The position numbers were made by a program, and so were the translations under genes. This document shows, piece by piece, positions 50,621 through 63,340 of a stretch of 64,000 bases of DNA (position 1 is the first letter of the stretch; each line of letters opens with the position of its first letter). A model generated the notes under the pieces. That model was not told the origin of the DNA and did no database searches. It saw only the letters and a program-made list of their open reading frames with translations. Source of the DNA: Octopus sinensis. Lineage: Eukaryota. The DNA is taken from positions 25,978,001 to 26,042,000 of the forward strand of contig NC_043004.1 of the NCBI RefSeq assembly GCF_006345805.1, written 5' to 3'.

Positions 50621-53600
50621 TATATTTGAAAGAAAATAAAAAGAAAAAGATTCATATGCATAAATATCCATCCTTAGACATCAGAAAATGAGTGTTTAAA
50701 TTATTTTCCATTGTTTGCATTGCTTACACACACACACACACATACTAAAATTACATCGTTGGAGCAGTAATTTATTTATGTATTTTTTGTTATACAATTT
50801 ATTTTTAAGCTGAATCCCTATCCTGCCATTAACCCCTTTCTTATAAAATAGTTGAAGAATCTGGGGTGTAGGAATTGGGCCAGTATTGGAACTTTTAACT
50901 TCTTGCTCTCTATCTTATGATCTCCGAAATTTAAGAATCTTGTGTTAACTGGGCTCTTATTATTTACTCTGACTCTGCCACCACCTCAGTGCAAAGACTA
51001 TCAATATCAGAATCATCTTCACAACCATCTTCTGCAACCACAACCCCAAGATCAATACCAGCATCATATTCAAATTCACCAATTTCACCACCACTACACT
51101 CTGCAATGTCTTCAACACTACCATCCATGAGACATCCTAACATAATCAATGCTACTACTACTATCATCATCATTATCATCATCATCCACTGCTGCTGCCA
51201 CCACCACCTCTACAAAAACACCAACACTATAATTGCTGCCATCATACACATCCACTGTCACCACTACACCACCACCACCACTGCCATGATAACCACATCT
51301 ACCACCTCCAACACCATTGCCACCACTATCTATGAGACATCCTAAGTTAGATACTACTTTCACTTTCTAGTTGCACTTTGAGTTTATTATATCTAATCTA
51401 TCTCTCTAAAAGATGCAAACCAAGTAGCATTAAATGGAGAATGGATGTGAGCAAAAAGAGAGTAAGTTCCATTCCAGTTTACAACAATTATAGAATTATT
51501 CTCAAACCATAAATGAATGGTGGAGAGGAGTGAAGGAGGAGTCATGTTTCCTCTGAGAGGTTACAGAAGTATTATTACACTGTTGTTAGAATAGCTGTGG
51601 AAAATGTAAGTTGAAATCAAATTTGATGCTAAATTCTTTTATAGTCATGTTCCCAATGAAATACGCATAATCAATTTGAACAGTCTTAGTAAAATAACTA
51701 CTTTCTTTAATTATTAATCAGGTGTTTGGATCAACAAAATTATGAGATAAAGGTGAGAAGGTCAGTAGAGTGTCTATCTGCTTGTAACTATGTAGACTAT
51801 GCCTTGTTATGGTTTATGTTAGAGTTAGAGCTATGGTCTAGAATTGGCAACAGATAGCATACTAAATTGTAAATGGCCACGTTTACTGTATGCTAAACTG
51901 GCACTAGAGATTTAATGAAACAGTTTACCTATCAGAATTTAAGTCATGAAAGGGTTAGTTAGCATTGTCAATACACTTCACATTTCTCTTTTTTTGTGGG
52001 CAATGAAATAAAACACTAGATAAGGAGTGGGTCAATATAGTTGACATTATTTCCTCCTATAAAATATTTGGCTATGTACCTTTGTTAGAAATTCTTATTT
52101 GTATTAATATAAAGTGCGAGCAAGAGAACATCTGCAGGCTTTCCTAAACTGTTAATGTGAATGTAGATGATGTCTTTTTTCAACTTGTGTAAATTAATGT
52201 CTGATGAGAATGTGATTCCATGTAGAAGCTGCCATTCTGGAGATAAATGATTGGATAAAATATTTAGTAAAAGGTTCTAGCTGTGAGACATGTTAAAGAT
52301 GATGATGTGGGCTCAGTTTGATATAGTTTACAGCTTACTAATTCACAGAAATAGTAGTGGGTGTTAGGGGTTTTTTTTTCCCATGTTTTATTTGAACAAT
52401 TTGGCTGGATAAAGGGGGCTGTATCCTTGCCTTTTGCATTCCTTCCGAGACAAGAGCTGTGCCTTGAAAACTGGTAAGATTGACGTAGTTGATCTTGAAT
52501 AAAATGTGTGGATGGCTGCAGAGGAAATAACATGGACAAGGGAATTTCAGAAGGATGACAATCTGGTAAGAAAGAATTTAATGCTTAGTTTGCAGGTGAA
52601 TTACATGCCACGTGATCTTCGAGCCTTTTGTCGCCAGATGCTGTAACATGGTTTGTATCCAATATAGTAGTACCACCACTATTGCGATAATGGCCTAAAA
52701 TATGTGGTACCAGTGTGATAAAATAAGATAATGCAGCAGCAATAACAACATAACTATCTCTCAAGAACCAACAAATATTCCAAATGAACAAACCAACCCA
52801 CACTCTTGAACTTCACTATGAAATAACACAAACTATATACACTCTCTCGGTTCAGTCCATTCCTCACAAGAGGGTATCTTGGCTCTCATCACAACACTGA
52901 GAGTGTAAGAGGTAACTTAAGGTTACTAACTTTGTTCTGCTGACAAATTTCCATTTATTTATTCTTAAGCTTCTCTTACTGCTGGAAACCACCTCTGCCT
53001 GGTACTGGCATTTATGTGAACAATGTAGACAATTAACAAGTATCAAATGACACAATACATAAATTCATTATTTATTAAAATTATCTTCAATTGTAGAAGT
53101 ATCATAATTACTAAATGGTAATCGATTAGCATATTACTTATAAAAATATTAAAAGATTGGTATGTATTGGTTTATGATTTTCACTGTTTGATTTGCCTAA
53201 TAGTGGTTTTATCTCTAATTTAATATATATATTTATACTATAAAATTAGTTTTAATCCTAAATCTAATTTTTCCCTGTAAGTTTGGATTTACTCCCTAAT
53301 ATTATTATATATATATATATATAAAACAAAACGCGGATAGAGAGAAAGGATATCCCCTTACTATTCACCATTCATTTATTTATTTAGTCATTTACCATTG
53401 TATTGGAATGGGTTTAAGGATGGTGACCTCTTCAAAAGAAAAAAAAACAGGTGTGGTGTGGTCATCACTGAAAGTCTTTTTGCTTTCTTTCTCTCTTCCC
53501 CTCTTTTTCCCCTTTCTTTTCTCCTTACAAAGCCGATGAGTTCGCTTTCCTCAGTTCAATTTGAATTTAACTGATTTTGGATCACCTTCAAAATATGTAT

Positions 53601-53959
53601 TTTCAGGTATATGAATTCCAATGATATTTTTTTTATTTCTAAATATGTTGACACAACAGAAACTATTGTCTTCCTTGTAAGGGGAATCTACTGTTAAAGA
53701 TGTGATTTTCTCTATTCGCAGTTTGCTGTCTAATACTCTGAATTTCTCGAAATTCTTCTAAATGATATTTGGATCTACTTGTTATACACGAGGAATTACT
53801 TTGGATGTGTATTCTTTTTACGTTGGAGTCTGATTGTTTGATATGGTTAACTAAGTTTGCTTAAAACTGAGTACTTTACTGATATTTCCCTGGATTTTTT
53901 AAATATATATATCTTCTTTCGAGGTGCATATTACTAATTTGGCAAATAATGTGCCGACA

Positions 53960-54600
53960 GCTAGCTGGATGTAGGTGTCCTCAAGACGAGAAGACACATC
54001 TTCAAAACGAGAGATAGTTCTTTAGAGAGCATGCGTTGTCAGTGGCTTGGACTAACGACGTATGTCCCAACTATGGTCATCATACAGTATAAAATTAACG
54101 GCGGAACTCGAAGCAATTCAGCGAAGCTACACAAAGAAAATCGTCTCAATGCAACATATCAGCTACTGGGAAAGGTTGAAAAATTTAAGTCTTTAATCCC
54201 TAGAATGAATGCGGAAGAGATATGCAGTGATATACATCTGAAACAATTATGGAAGGCCTTGTACCAAACTTTGGCATTGAAAGTTACACAAACAGCAGAA
54301 TGGGGCGCCACTGCATAGTGCCAAAGATCCAAGCATCGCCATCACAATATAGGACCAGATACTGCAACTGTTTGGGCTTCAAAGGTCCCACAGCTCTTCA
54401 ATATCCTTCCAAAATCCCTGAGAGACCTGCATGGTGTGGATATAGGTGTCTTAAAAACAAAATTGGATCTCCCCCTGACAAAGGTTCCAGGCTAGCCTAC
54501 ATCACGGCAGGAAACACAAATGAGGGCAGCAGCATCAAACTGTCTCATTCGCCAAATGCCATGTATCAGAGTAGATTTCAAATAATGGTGTAACACAGCC
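53960..54600 (+). mobile_element. CR1/L2-group LINE 3' remnant
   Basis: WK..EGLVPNFGIESY...GFKGPQLFNILPKSLRDL..KLD remnant across frameshifts. Confidence 0.7.
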
Positions 54601-54629
54601 ATGAAGTTGAAATGGAATCATGTTAAAGA

Positions 54630-54673
<44 letters not shown>

Positions 54674-54939
54674 AAATAAACAACAAGGATATCCAGAGGT
54701 AATGCAGAATGATCGTTTCATGCAACTCCATTTAATTGAACAATGCAATCATTACATCAATTTAAAATGCAGAGCAATCTTCAGCTGTACAAAGACATAG
54801 AATTTAATTAAATTAGAACAGATGGACACATTAGTATAATTATACTTAAAATTTTCAAGTTAAGGAGATAGACAAAAAACATGCTGTCTCACTCCAGCAT
54901 AGAAGTTACATATATATATGTCAGTGATTTTCTTTCTCC

Positions 54940-55115
54940 GTCTTCCCTTCATTGGACCTTTCGTTTTTCTATGTTTCTGACAAAGAGCTCCGCTCGAAAC
55001 GTTAAATCCACTTTCCTTTCCTTTCCTGAGCGTCCAATAACACTATACTTGTTCTACGTCCTCGCGTTGTTGTGCTTTCTCTTTGTGCTTTCATGTTTGG
55101 ATTAACTATATATAT
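54940..55115 (+). mobile_element. Short Penelope-type non-autonomous repeat with minimal type I hammerhead-like motif (subfamily A)
   Basis: gttt CTGACAA A GAGC TCC GCTC GAAAC GTT aaat at 54973-55007. Confidence 0.65.
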
Positions 55116-55161
55116 ATACACACACATATATATATATATATACACATACATATATATACAT

Positions 55162-55198
<37 letters not shown>

Positions 55199-55219
55199 CA
55201 CATACATATATATATACAT

Positions 55220-55288
<69 letters not shown>
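55108..55288. repeat. Compound (TA)n/(CA)n microsatellite (many similar tracts across the window)
   Basis: Direct inspection. Confidence 0.95.
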
Positions 55289-55289
<1 letters not shown>

Positions 55290-56527
55290 CAGGTTGGGCA
55301 AAATGTAAGCAACGTTTTGAACGATGAAGAATTTGTACCGGATTTTTGCAGAGTTTTGAATTCTTTTTAAACATTTGTTTGCTATTATTTGGGAATACAG
55401 ACACAGACTAGCCAAAATGCATCAATAAATTAACATCAATGTTTTTTCACCGTTATTACAATCATCTGAAATGGAACTGTCAAAGCGCGATATTCGAGCA
55501 GTTTTGCTATTCAACTTCATAAAAGGACATAAAGCAGTTGAAACTGCTCGCGATGTCAACGAAACGTTTGGTGAGGAAATGACCTATGAGTGGTCAGCTC
55601 GAAAATGGTTTAAACGATTTCGCAGAGGAGACCTGAGCCTTGAAGATCGTGAGCGTAGTGAACGCCCATCTGTCATCGATGACAGTCAATTAAAGACCGT
55701 CATTGAGAAAGATCCATGTAAAACCACTCAAGAACTGGCAAAAGAGCTTCAAGTTATCCAGAAAACTGCTTGCAACCATTTGCATGCGATCGGAAAATCA
55801 AAAAAGTTCGACAAATGGGTAGCAAAGCATTTGAATGAGAATCAGAAAATGCGCAGATATAAAATTTGCTCGTTGTTTCTTCTCTGTAACCAGACCGATC
55901 TATTTTTCGACCTTATCGTAACTTGCGATGAAAAATGGTTTCTGTACAATAATAAAAAACGTTCTTCGCAGTGGTTGGACCAAAATGAAGCACCGAAACC
56001 CTTCCCTAAACCCTAGCTCTTCAAAAGAAGGTTAGGTTGACTGTTTGGTGGTGTACTTCTTAAAACCCGGTAAAACCATTACTGCAGAAAGATATTGTCA
56101 TGAAATTGCCAAAATGAATGAAAAACCGCTACTCCTCCATGTCAGACTGGTCAACAGAAGAAGACCAATCATTCTTCATGACAATGCTTGACCACACGTT
56201 TCACTAATGAAGTTGAGGGAACTTGGATACGAAGTACTTCCCCACCCAGCTTATTCCACAGACCTTTCCCTTACTGACTATCACTTTTTCAAGCATCTTG
56301 ATGGTTTCCTGCGAGAGAAGGAGTTCAAAAATTAAACCGATGCTGAAAGTGCATTCAAAGAATTCATCAGCTTCAGAACTCCAGAATAAACAAACTTGTA
56401 ACTCGTTGACAAAAATATGTTGATTGTAATGGTATTTACTTTGATGAATAAAATTTCCGCATTGTTGAAATATACTGCGATGGATTTCATGTTTCAAAAC
56501 GTTGCTTACTTTTTACTCAGCCTTATA
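55287..56527 (+). mobile_element. Full-length but inactivated mariner (Hsmar1/SETMAR-like, DD34D)
   Basis: TIRs TA-tcaggttgggcaaaatgtaagcaacgttttgaa and ttcaaaacgttgcttactttttactcagcctta-TA; ORF 55471-56016 to TCDEKW; later HDNA*PH and YSTDLSLTDYHFF with stops. Confidence 0.95.
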
Positions 56528-56728
56528 TATATATATATATTGCTGGAATTTTTGAAAATAAGTCATCCATCTACATGTTTACCTCACTTAAACAGCTAAT
56601 GTCATTGATAAAGATATGAATATCACAGATACCCATTTTTTTCAAAACAGGTTGTGTTTCTTTTGTCCTGAGAAAATCAATTTGTTTCTAAGATATTTTA
56701 ATTTGATTGCTGTATTTTACAGAAAGAT

Positions 56729-56734
56729 TTTATT
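56729..56734 (-). terminator. PolyA signal AATAAA of the minus-strand MAM-domain gene
   Basis: TTTATT on the + strand ~95 nt downstream of the stop. Confidence 0.45.
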
Positions 56735-56827
56735 TACAAACATAACATGCTTCAATGTTTATATGTTTCTAATCTTAACGTGTTACAGTGTTACCATTTA
56801 ACAAATGTACGATGTGCAGAAGAGTTA

Positions 56828-56947
56828 TCAAAGTAGATCAATCCCTCTGAAATTCCGTTTGTAGTTACAGAATCCTGGTTCAACTCTGATGTCATCCACA
56901 GCAATGTCACCTTCTCTGCCAGAACCAATAACAGCCTCCAGCACCAA
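56828..56947 (-). CDS. Probable terminal coding exon of a MAM-domain protein (LVLEAVIGSGREGDIAVDDIRVEPGFCNYKRNFRGIDLL*)
   Basis: Minus-strand acceptor ttttttgcag| at 56947; translation fits the MAM C-terminal signature (FE....G....GDIAIDDI.v..G.C); ends TGA TAA; upstream exons not found in the window. Confidence 0.75.
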   Translation of the reverse strand: MVLEAVIGSGREGDIAVDDIRVEPGFCNYKRNFRGIDLL

Positions 56948-57714
56948 CTGCAAAAAATGTTTTATGCTTATTAGAAAGTGTAGAGAATGGTAGAACATTG
57001 GACAGAATTGGTAGAGTGTAGGACAGGATTGACAAAATGTCAGAGAATTGGCAGACTATCAGACAGAATTGGTGAAATATAGGACAGACTTTGTAGTGCA
57101 GATCATAACTGGTAAAGCTTTGGAGAGAATATAACATTTAGTTAGGCTATTTATGTTGTCCTGTTGAGATCAACTTTGTTCTATCCTCCTCCCAAGGTCT
57201 ATAAAATAAATATCAGGCAAAATAACTGGACAATGAAACTGACCACATATCCTCTTGTCTTAATAATGTATGACTTTGTGTTTGTTAGAAATTATTTTGA
57301 CCATTAAGCGGTAAGAGAACAGATAGAATCAGTTGAGCACTTTTTATGGTTTTAGTCGCATCTCTTTATATAATTTGAATTAAAATTCCACCAACATTGA
57401 CTCTTCAAAGTCGACATAAAAATACTAGTCATACACTTGGGTTGATTTAATATAACTTTCTCCTGATATTTATGGTCTTTATATAAATCTTAAAAGAGTT
57501 AGGGAAGTGTTCTACTCTTTATAATGATGCTGAACTCTTTAAGAAGCAAAAGGTAAAGATTCTTCACAACCAAAATATTCAAAGCAGTTACAATATATGA
57601 ATCTGTTGGTGGGCAGGCATGACTGTGGTTAAGAAATATGCTTTCCTATCATGGTTTTGGATTCAGTTGACAGATACTAGAAGACCCTGTTGTGTGCTTG
57701 TGTGTATATGTGTA

Positions 57715-57855
57715 TGTGTCTTCTGTTGAAGAGCGTAGGTTCGTAACGTAAAAGACTTTCTCACCTTCCCAAACGTCAAACTAATACACGTGCTTATTGT
57801 TTATACATCTGTCTTTGTCTCTAGTTTTTCTGTAAATTTCAACTATATATATATA
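57715..57855 (+). mobile_element. Short Penelope-type non-autonomous repeat with degenerate hammerhead-like core (subfamily B)
   Basis: tctt CTGTTGA A GAGC GTAG GTTC GTAAC GTA aaaga at 57719-57755. Confidence 0.55.
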
Positions 57856-58559
57856 AAATATTTTTTGAAAATCCAAAACAATGTGAGTCATAAGAAATTA
57901 CACAATGTTTGTACTTTATCTTCCATTTCGATATTTGTGGTAGGACCCCTTCTTTAGGAAATCAGAGATTCGGTGTTGCAAGTAAGCTTTTCTTTGTAGT
58001 GAGTAAATGGAAAGCTGCTTTGAATGCACAGGATAGCACTGCTATAATAACCAATAAACTGCATGTAGTTTGGTTCTGTTATTTATATGTGGTTGGTCTT
58101 GCTAATGATGATGGTTTCTTTTTGTTGTGGCGAGAGTCGTTGACACTCCATGCGGGATTGGAAGAACGGACTAGCCGAACTCTTATAAAAAGTAGCACAC
58201 TGGTCGAGATGAGAGAAGCAGTAGAAGTCGTTGAGATAGTCGAGAGTTTGTATTTATTGGAGTATCGTGTTTAGTGGTGCACCTGAGTATCGTGTTTTGT
58301 GGTGCACCTGAGCACTGTATACAATAATTTCATTATATTATAGTGGAGTAATTTGAAGTATGTCTTTTGGAGACAGTTGTGTCTATCCCCGCTTTGTGAT
58401 ATCTGTATACCCAACGTATAGAAGGATAAAAAATGGCAACGAGTATATCTACTTATAAAAGTGGCGACGAGTTTATTCAAAGCTTACGTCGGACCTTAAC
58501 ATTTTTCTTTTGATACAAAATCGAAGAAAAATTAGTGAACATGGAAGGCTTATTAGCTT

Positions 58560-60160
58560 ACGTGGTTGCAGTTGCAACAGCAACAACAGTTTCAGCTGCA
58601 ATTACGAACAGAAAAACCAAGAACTCCCATTACTATTGAAAAAGATAACAACTCTGTGAACTTCCTAGACGTTAACTTTAATCTTACTACTTCCCCCTAT
58701 AAGCCTTACCATAAACCTAACAACAATATCACGTACAGAAACGCTCAAAGCAACCATCTTTATAACACTATAAAAAAACCTGACCACTAACATAGAAAGA
58801 AGAATTAATCTATTATCATCAACGAAGACATTTTTAACAAACATAAAGACTACTATAATCTAGCTCTTAAGAAGGCAGGAAATTAAGTACAATAAAAACG
58901 ACAGCATCAATACTAAAAATACCAAAATTTATCTTGATATGAACCACATAGATAATATTAGTGAACCTAAGTCACCTGATGAATTAGTATACCCCGACAA
59001 ACATAAAAAAAAACTCAATAATAGTCATCAACACAACTTTAACAGTAAACACGGAATTCACAACTACAATAAACATACTAATAAACTTAATCAATACGAG
59101 CACCATAACCAAAACTTTAATGAAAGAAAAAAAATATAAATTTTAGCAATTCCTACCTTACTTACCACACTAGTACTAATATTAATAAACCCAAGAATAC
59201 TGACAACAAACACTAAAAATGCTTAATTATAGATAAAAATAAGAATATCAAACCAATAAACATAAAAATGAAAATAATCTTATCTCGCCCAATCCCTCTA
59301 ATAATACAAATAACCACAGAAATCATATTAATATAGATAGGAATGAAGTAGCAAAAAAGAAACCAACACCATATTTGAGACTAGATGATCCCCCAAACAT
59401 AACCCTCTACTTGGATCATAATGCCTTTTGCCAAACATCTAAAATTTAATTTTATTAGATCCATTAAAAATATAATTAATAGAAACTTTAAAAACTCCTA
59501 ATATGCAAAAGTATTTAATAATAAAAAAATCAGATTTGGGTTTTCAGTCTCTCCAAACATTTTTAGGATTATCTCTTCTTTTAACCATATGAAACTGGAA
59601 CCATTCTATAATAAATAAATATACCTAGCAACTCCAATAATCCTATAACTAACAACTACTACTATGATAACAACCAAAACTCCATTATCCATAATAAATA
59701 TAGACATAATGCCATAGTACTACCCATTAATTTAAATTGTAATTGTAGAGACCCAAATACTTGTGAAGTAGATAGAAGTTGCAAAATGAAAGAAGTAGTA
59801 TACCAAGTAACTATTATTACTCATAACTCCTCTAAACATACATACGTTGGTTGCCCAAAAAATTCTATAAAATCAAGAGTTAATAATCATAAATCTTCCT
59901 TTAGGGACCCTAGAAAAGAGAATAGCACAGGTTTATCTAAAAAAAATTTGGCGCTTCAAAAGAAACAATATTGATTACTCAGTCTCTTGGAAAATCCTAT
60001 CTTTTGCCCCCTCTTAAAGATATAATAATAAAATTTGTAGGTTACGTTTGGAAGAAAGCGACAATATAATGAGAATGAATGGCTATCTGGTTAATACTAG
60101 GGATGAAAAAGTTCTCATGTAAACACATGACCAAATTCCTTTTTATTCATCTTAAATAAT
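58560..60160 (+). mobile_element. Degenerate Penelope-like retroelement (RT C-terminus + GIY-YIG endonuclease)
   Basis: VNFLDVNF...YKPYHKPNN..SNH (58566-58790) and CNCRDP..C..VVYQV..TYVG..KSRVNNHKSSF..TGLSK (59740-59974). Confidence 0.85.
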
Positions 60161-60559
60161 TCTTCCCTCCCCACTAACTTGAATTTTTAAAAACATTTTC
60201 TTTTTTAAACATCTCTATTTAAAAAAAATATCTCTAGATATATTATCTCTTTCTATAGAATTCCATTACTCATCATATCCTCTTCACACCACTATATCTT
60301 ACACTATATTGATATATATATTTTTTTATTTAACTCTTCCCTCTAATAATTGCATGACCCACCATATATTGGGCTAACACTTTCTCAAATCTCCCTACAC
60401 CCCCTTTCTCTCCATATATCTGATTTTTATATCTTTCCTTAGTATATAATATACCTATCTTTTTTGTAATCTATTTTATTTGCATATGTCCCTCCACTTA
60501 CCTATTTTAGTAACTATATTTTGCCGAAGAAACCAGGTGAGATTTGTTTCGATGAAACA

Positions 60560-63340
60560 AATTTTTTTTTATCGAAAATGTTCAACGAAGGAAGTTCCCC
60601 GTTCAATACTAGCTGGCAATGTTTAAATTTGGTCAAAAAAGATGAAGATTTCATCATCTATACCGGAGTGGTTAACAGAAAGTGTGAGAAATTCAAATTG
60701 AATGAGTTGACCCTGGACTTGTTGAAGGCTTTAATTTTTGTTCAAGGGCTTACTGCAAACAAAGATGCAGATATACGTTTCGGGTATTAACAAAATTAGA
60801 ACGGGGACAAAATTTAACTCTACAAGCAGTAGCAGAAGAATGTCAGAGGATTATAAATCTACGACATGATGCAGATTAAATTGAAGAGAAAGATAACCCT
60901 CATATCCATGCGTGTCAACTGGTATTGGATAAGAAAGAAATGTCGAGACCGAATCAATGTCATGGGTGCGGTGGTCTACATTTTAAAAGTAACTGTCCGT
61001 TTAAAAATATAAAATACTTCAAGTATGTAAGATAGGCCATTAAAAAAATCACACTGTAAAATAAAACCTAAAAAACGGTTCAACAAAAAATCACGTGAAC
61101 AGGCTATCGGTGACAATAAATATGAACGAGCCTCAAAAGAGAATTTGTGTATGTAAAAATTAATAACATAAACGTAAAGTAACAATTGGATATGGGCAGC
61201 TATATTTTGATAATTAACACAGATACACGGGAAAAAAATCAGGAGACCTAGATTAAATGAAACTTCGAAAATTGCATGTGGTGTTTCAGGAAAAAATTAT
61301 ATTTTAAGGGCGAATTGATAAATATCATTTCATCTCGTGAAAAAACCTTAAAAGCCAAAGTTTTTAAATAATACTACAAATTTATTCGGAACTGACTGGA
61401 TGGAATTATTTAACTTACAGGACATCTAAATAAAAACGAACTGTACCGTTCGCAGAGTTAGAACAGATAAACTTAGAGTTAGAAAAACTAGAAAAAATTG
61501 GAGTTATCCAAAAAGTGGAATAATGGTCAATGGGTAGCATCGACTGTGTACATTAAGAAAAAGAACAATAAAATCAGAGGGTGAGCTGATTTTTCCTCTT
61601 TTTTAAACAAATGTCTTAAAACGTACCACTATCCGCCACCTACCCCAGAGGGTATTTTTGTGAAATTAAACGGTGGCACGATATTTTCTAAATTGGATCT
61701 CTCTGACGCGTACCTACAAATGAGAGTAAACAATGAATGCTCTAAATATCTAACAATTAACACACATAAAGGAATGTATAAATAGAACAGGTTACCATTT
61801 GTTTTAAAAGTCTCACCAGCGATTTTTCAACAGATTATGGATGCAATTATAGCGGACTCTGAATTCGCAATTCCATATCTGGATGATTTACTCATTAAAA
61901 GCGAATCCGTGGATCAACATATAGAGTACTAAAATATGTGATCGAAAAAATTAATGATTACGGCTTTACTTTGAGTGAAGAAAAGTGTTCATTTTTTTTT
62001 TTACTGAAAATAAAATATTTAGGACAAATTATTGACAGAAATGGACGTCGACCAGATTCGTCGATGACAGATGCAATTAAAAATATGCCCCCTCCGACAA
62101 ATATTGCGACCTTACAAGCATTTTTGGGATTGGGAAATTATTACCAAAATTATATACTGAATATACATAAGGTGAGGATTCCACTAAATAAACTGCTAAA
62201 AAAGATGTGAAATGGAATTGGTTGGAAAATTATCAAAGGGCGTCTGGCGAAATTAAAAAAATTATTAACATTTGATTTGTTGTTAGTACACTTCTGAGTA
62301 CGGTATAGGAGCAGTAATGCTACATAAGTATAAAGATGGTAACTTGAAGGCGGTGGTTTATGCTTCACGTCCTCTAATATCAGCAGAGAAAAATTATAGC
62401 CAAATGGAAAAAGAATCTGTAAAGATTATTTTTGCCATAAAAAATTCACAAATTTTTACACGATAGAAGTTTTGATCATCGTCCGTTATTATCAATATTC
62501 GGGTTAAAGAAAGGAATCCCTACGCATACTGAAAGGTTGCAACGCTGGGGTACGATATTATTAAACTATTTGATTTCAAGATGGAGTATATACCATTCAA
62601 GAAATTAGGTCACTCTAATTGTCTATCAAGACTGATTTCAAAAAATGCTGCACCATTTGAAAAAAACGTGACTGCTGCTTTGCGAGCGGAAAATGAAATT
62701 AAAAATGTTTTGTATAACATCATTCGTGAACTGCTAGTTACTTTACAAGACATAAAATTAAAATCGGAAAACGATAAATTTATTTTTTTTTAAATGTAAG
62801 AAATATTGACGGCTAAAGGAGATAAAAAATATGTGCAACACAAAGGCGAACCATTTCTCAATGTGTGACAATGTGTTGATGCCCGCACAAAGAGTCGTAG
62901 TGCCAGCCACATTACAAAAGTGATTATTAATGGAATCTCATATTGGTCACCCAGGGATTTCGAAAATGAAATCATTAATGAGAAGTTATGTACATTTGCC
63001 AACAATGGACTGTGAAATTTAAGAATCAATAAAATCATGCAGAGGGTGTGCCTTAGCTGCAAAAGCGCCTGCCACTAAATGACAACTGTGGCCAAAAACA
63101 GGTGTTCCATGGGCCAGATTGCATGTTTATTATGCAGGTTCACTTAAGGGTGTCATATTACCTCGTTGTGGTGGACAGCTTTTCTAAGTGATCAGAAGTG
63201 CATAAATATAAAAAGCCAACATCTATGGTCACAAGCTTTTTACATGAATTGTTTGCCAGGTAAGGTTTTTTCAGATACCATTGTGTCTGACAAGGGAACT
63301 CAATTTACGTCAGACGAGTTCAGAAAATTTTGAAAAATTG
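60560..63340 (+). mobile_element. Degenerate Ty3/Gypsy LTR retrotransposon internal region (gag zinc knuckle, PR, RT, RNase H, IN)
   Basis: CHGCGGLHFKSNC, QLDMGS, FSKLDLSDAYLQ, PYLDDLLI, YLGQII, VVVDSFSK, IVSDKGTQFTSDEF; many stops; no LTRs identified. Confidence 0.9.

Noticed and set aside
50989-51345. 118-aa Ser/Thr/His-rich ORF
   Set aside because: Driven by CAT/CAC/ACC trinucleotide repeats; no evidence of an exon
52510-52803. Exon-like splice signals and a hydrophobic minus-strand ORF (52585-52803) as a possible continuation of the MAM gene
   Set aside because: The implied intron is only 30 nt, no phase-compatible acceptor was found, and no homology was recognised
55002-55415. Long ORFs rich in YI/CV/HT (also 9979-10247, 31357-31775, 7597-7813)
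   Set aside because: Artefacts of stop-free (TA)n/(CA)n microsatellites
55471-56016. Active mariner transposase or SETMAR gene
   Set aside because: Stop at 56016, further stops and frameshifts, and no SET domain
60500-60560. Hammerhead-like motif downstream of the Penelope ORF (gccgaagaaacc...gatgaaac)
   Set aside because: Stems I and II cannot be formed convincingly
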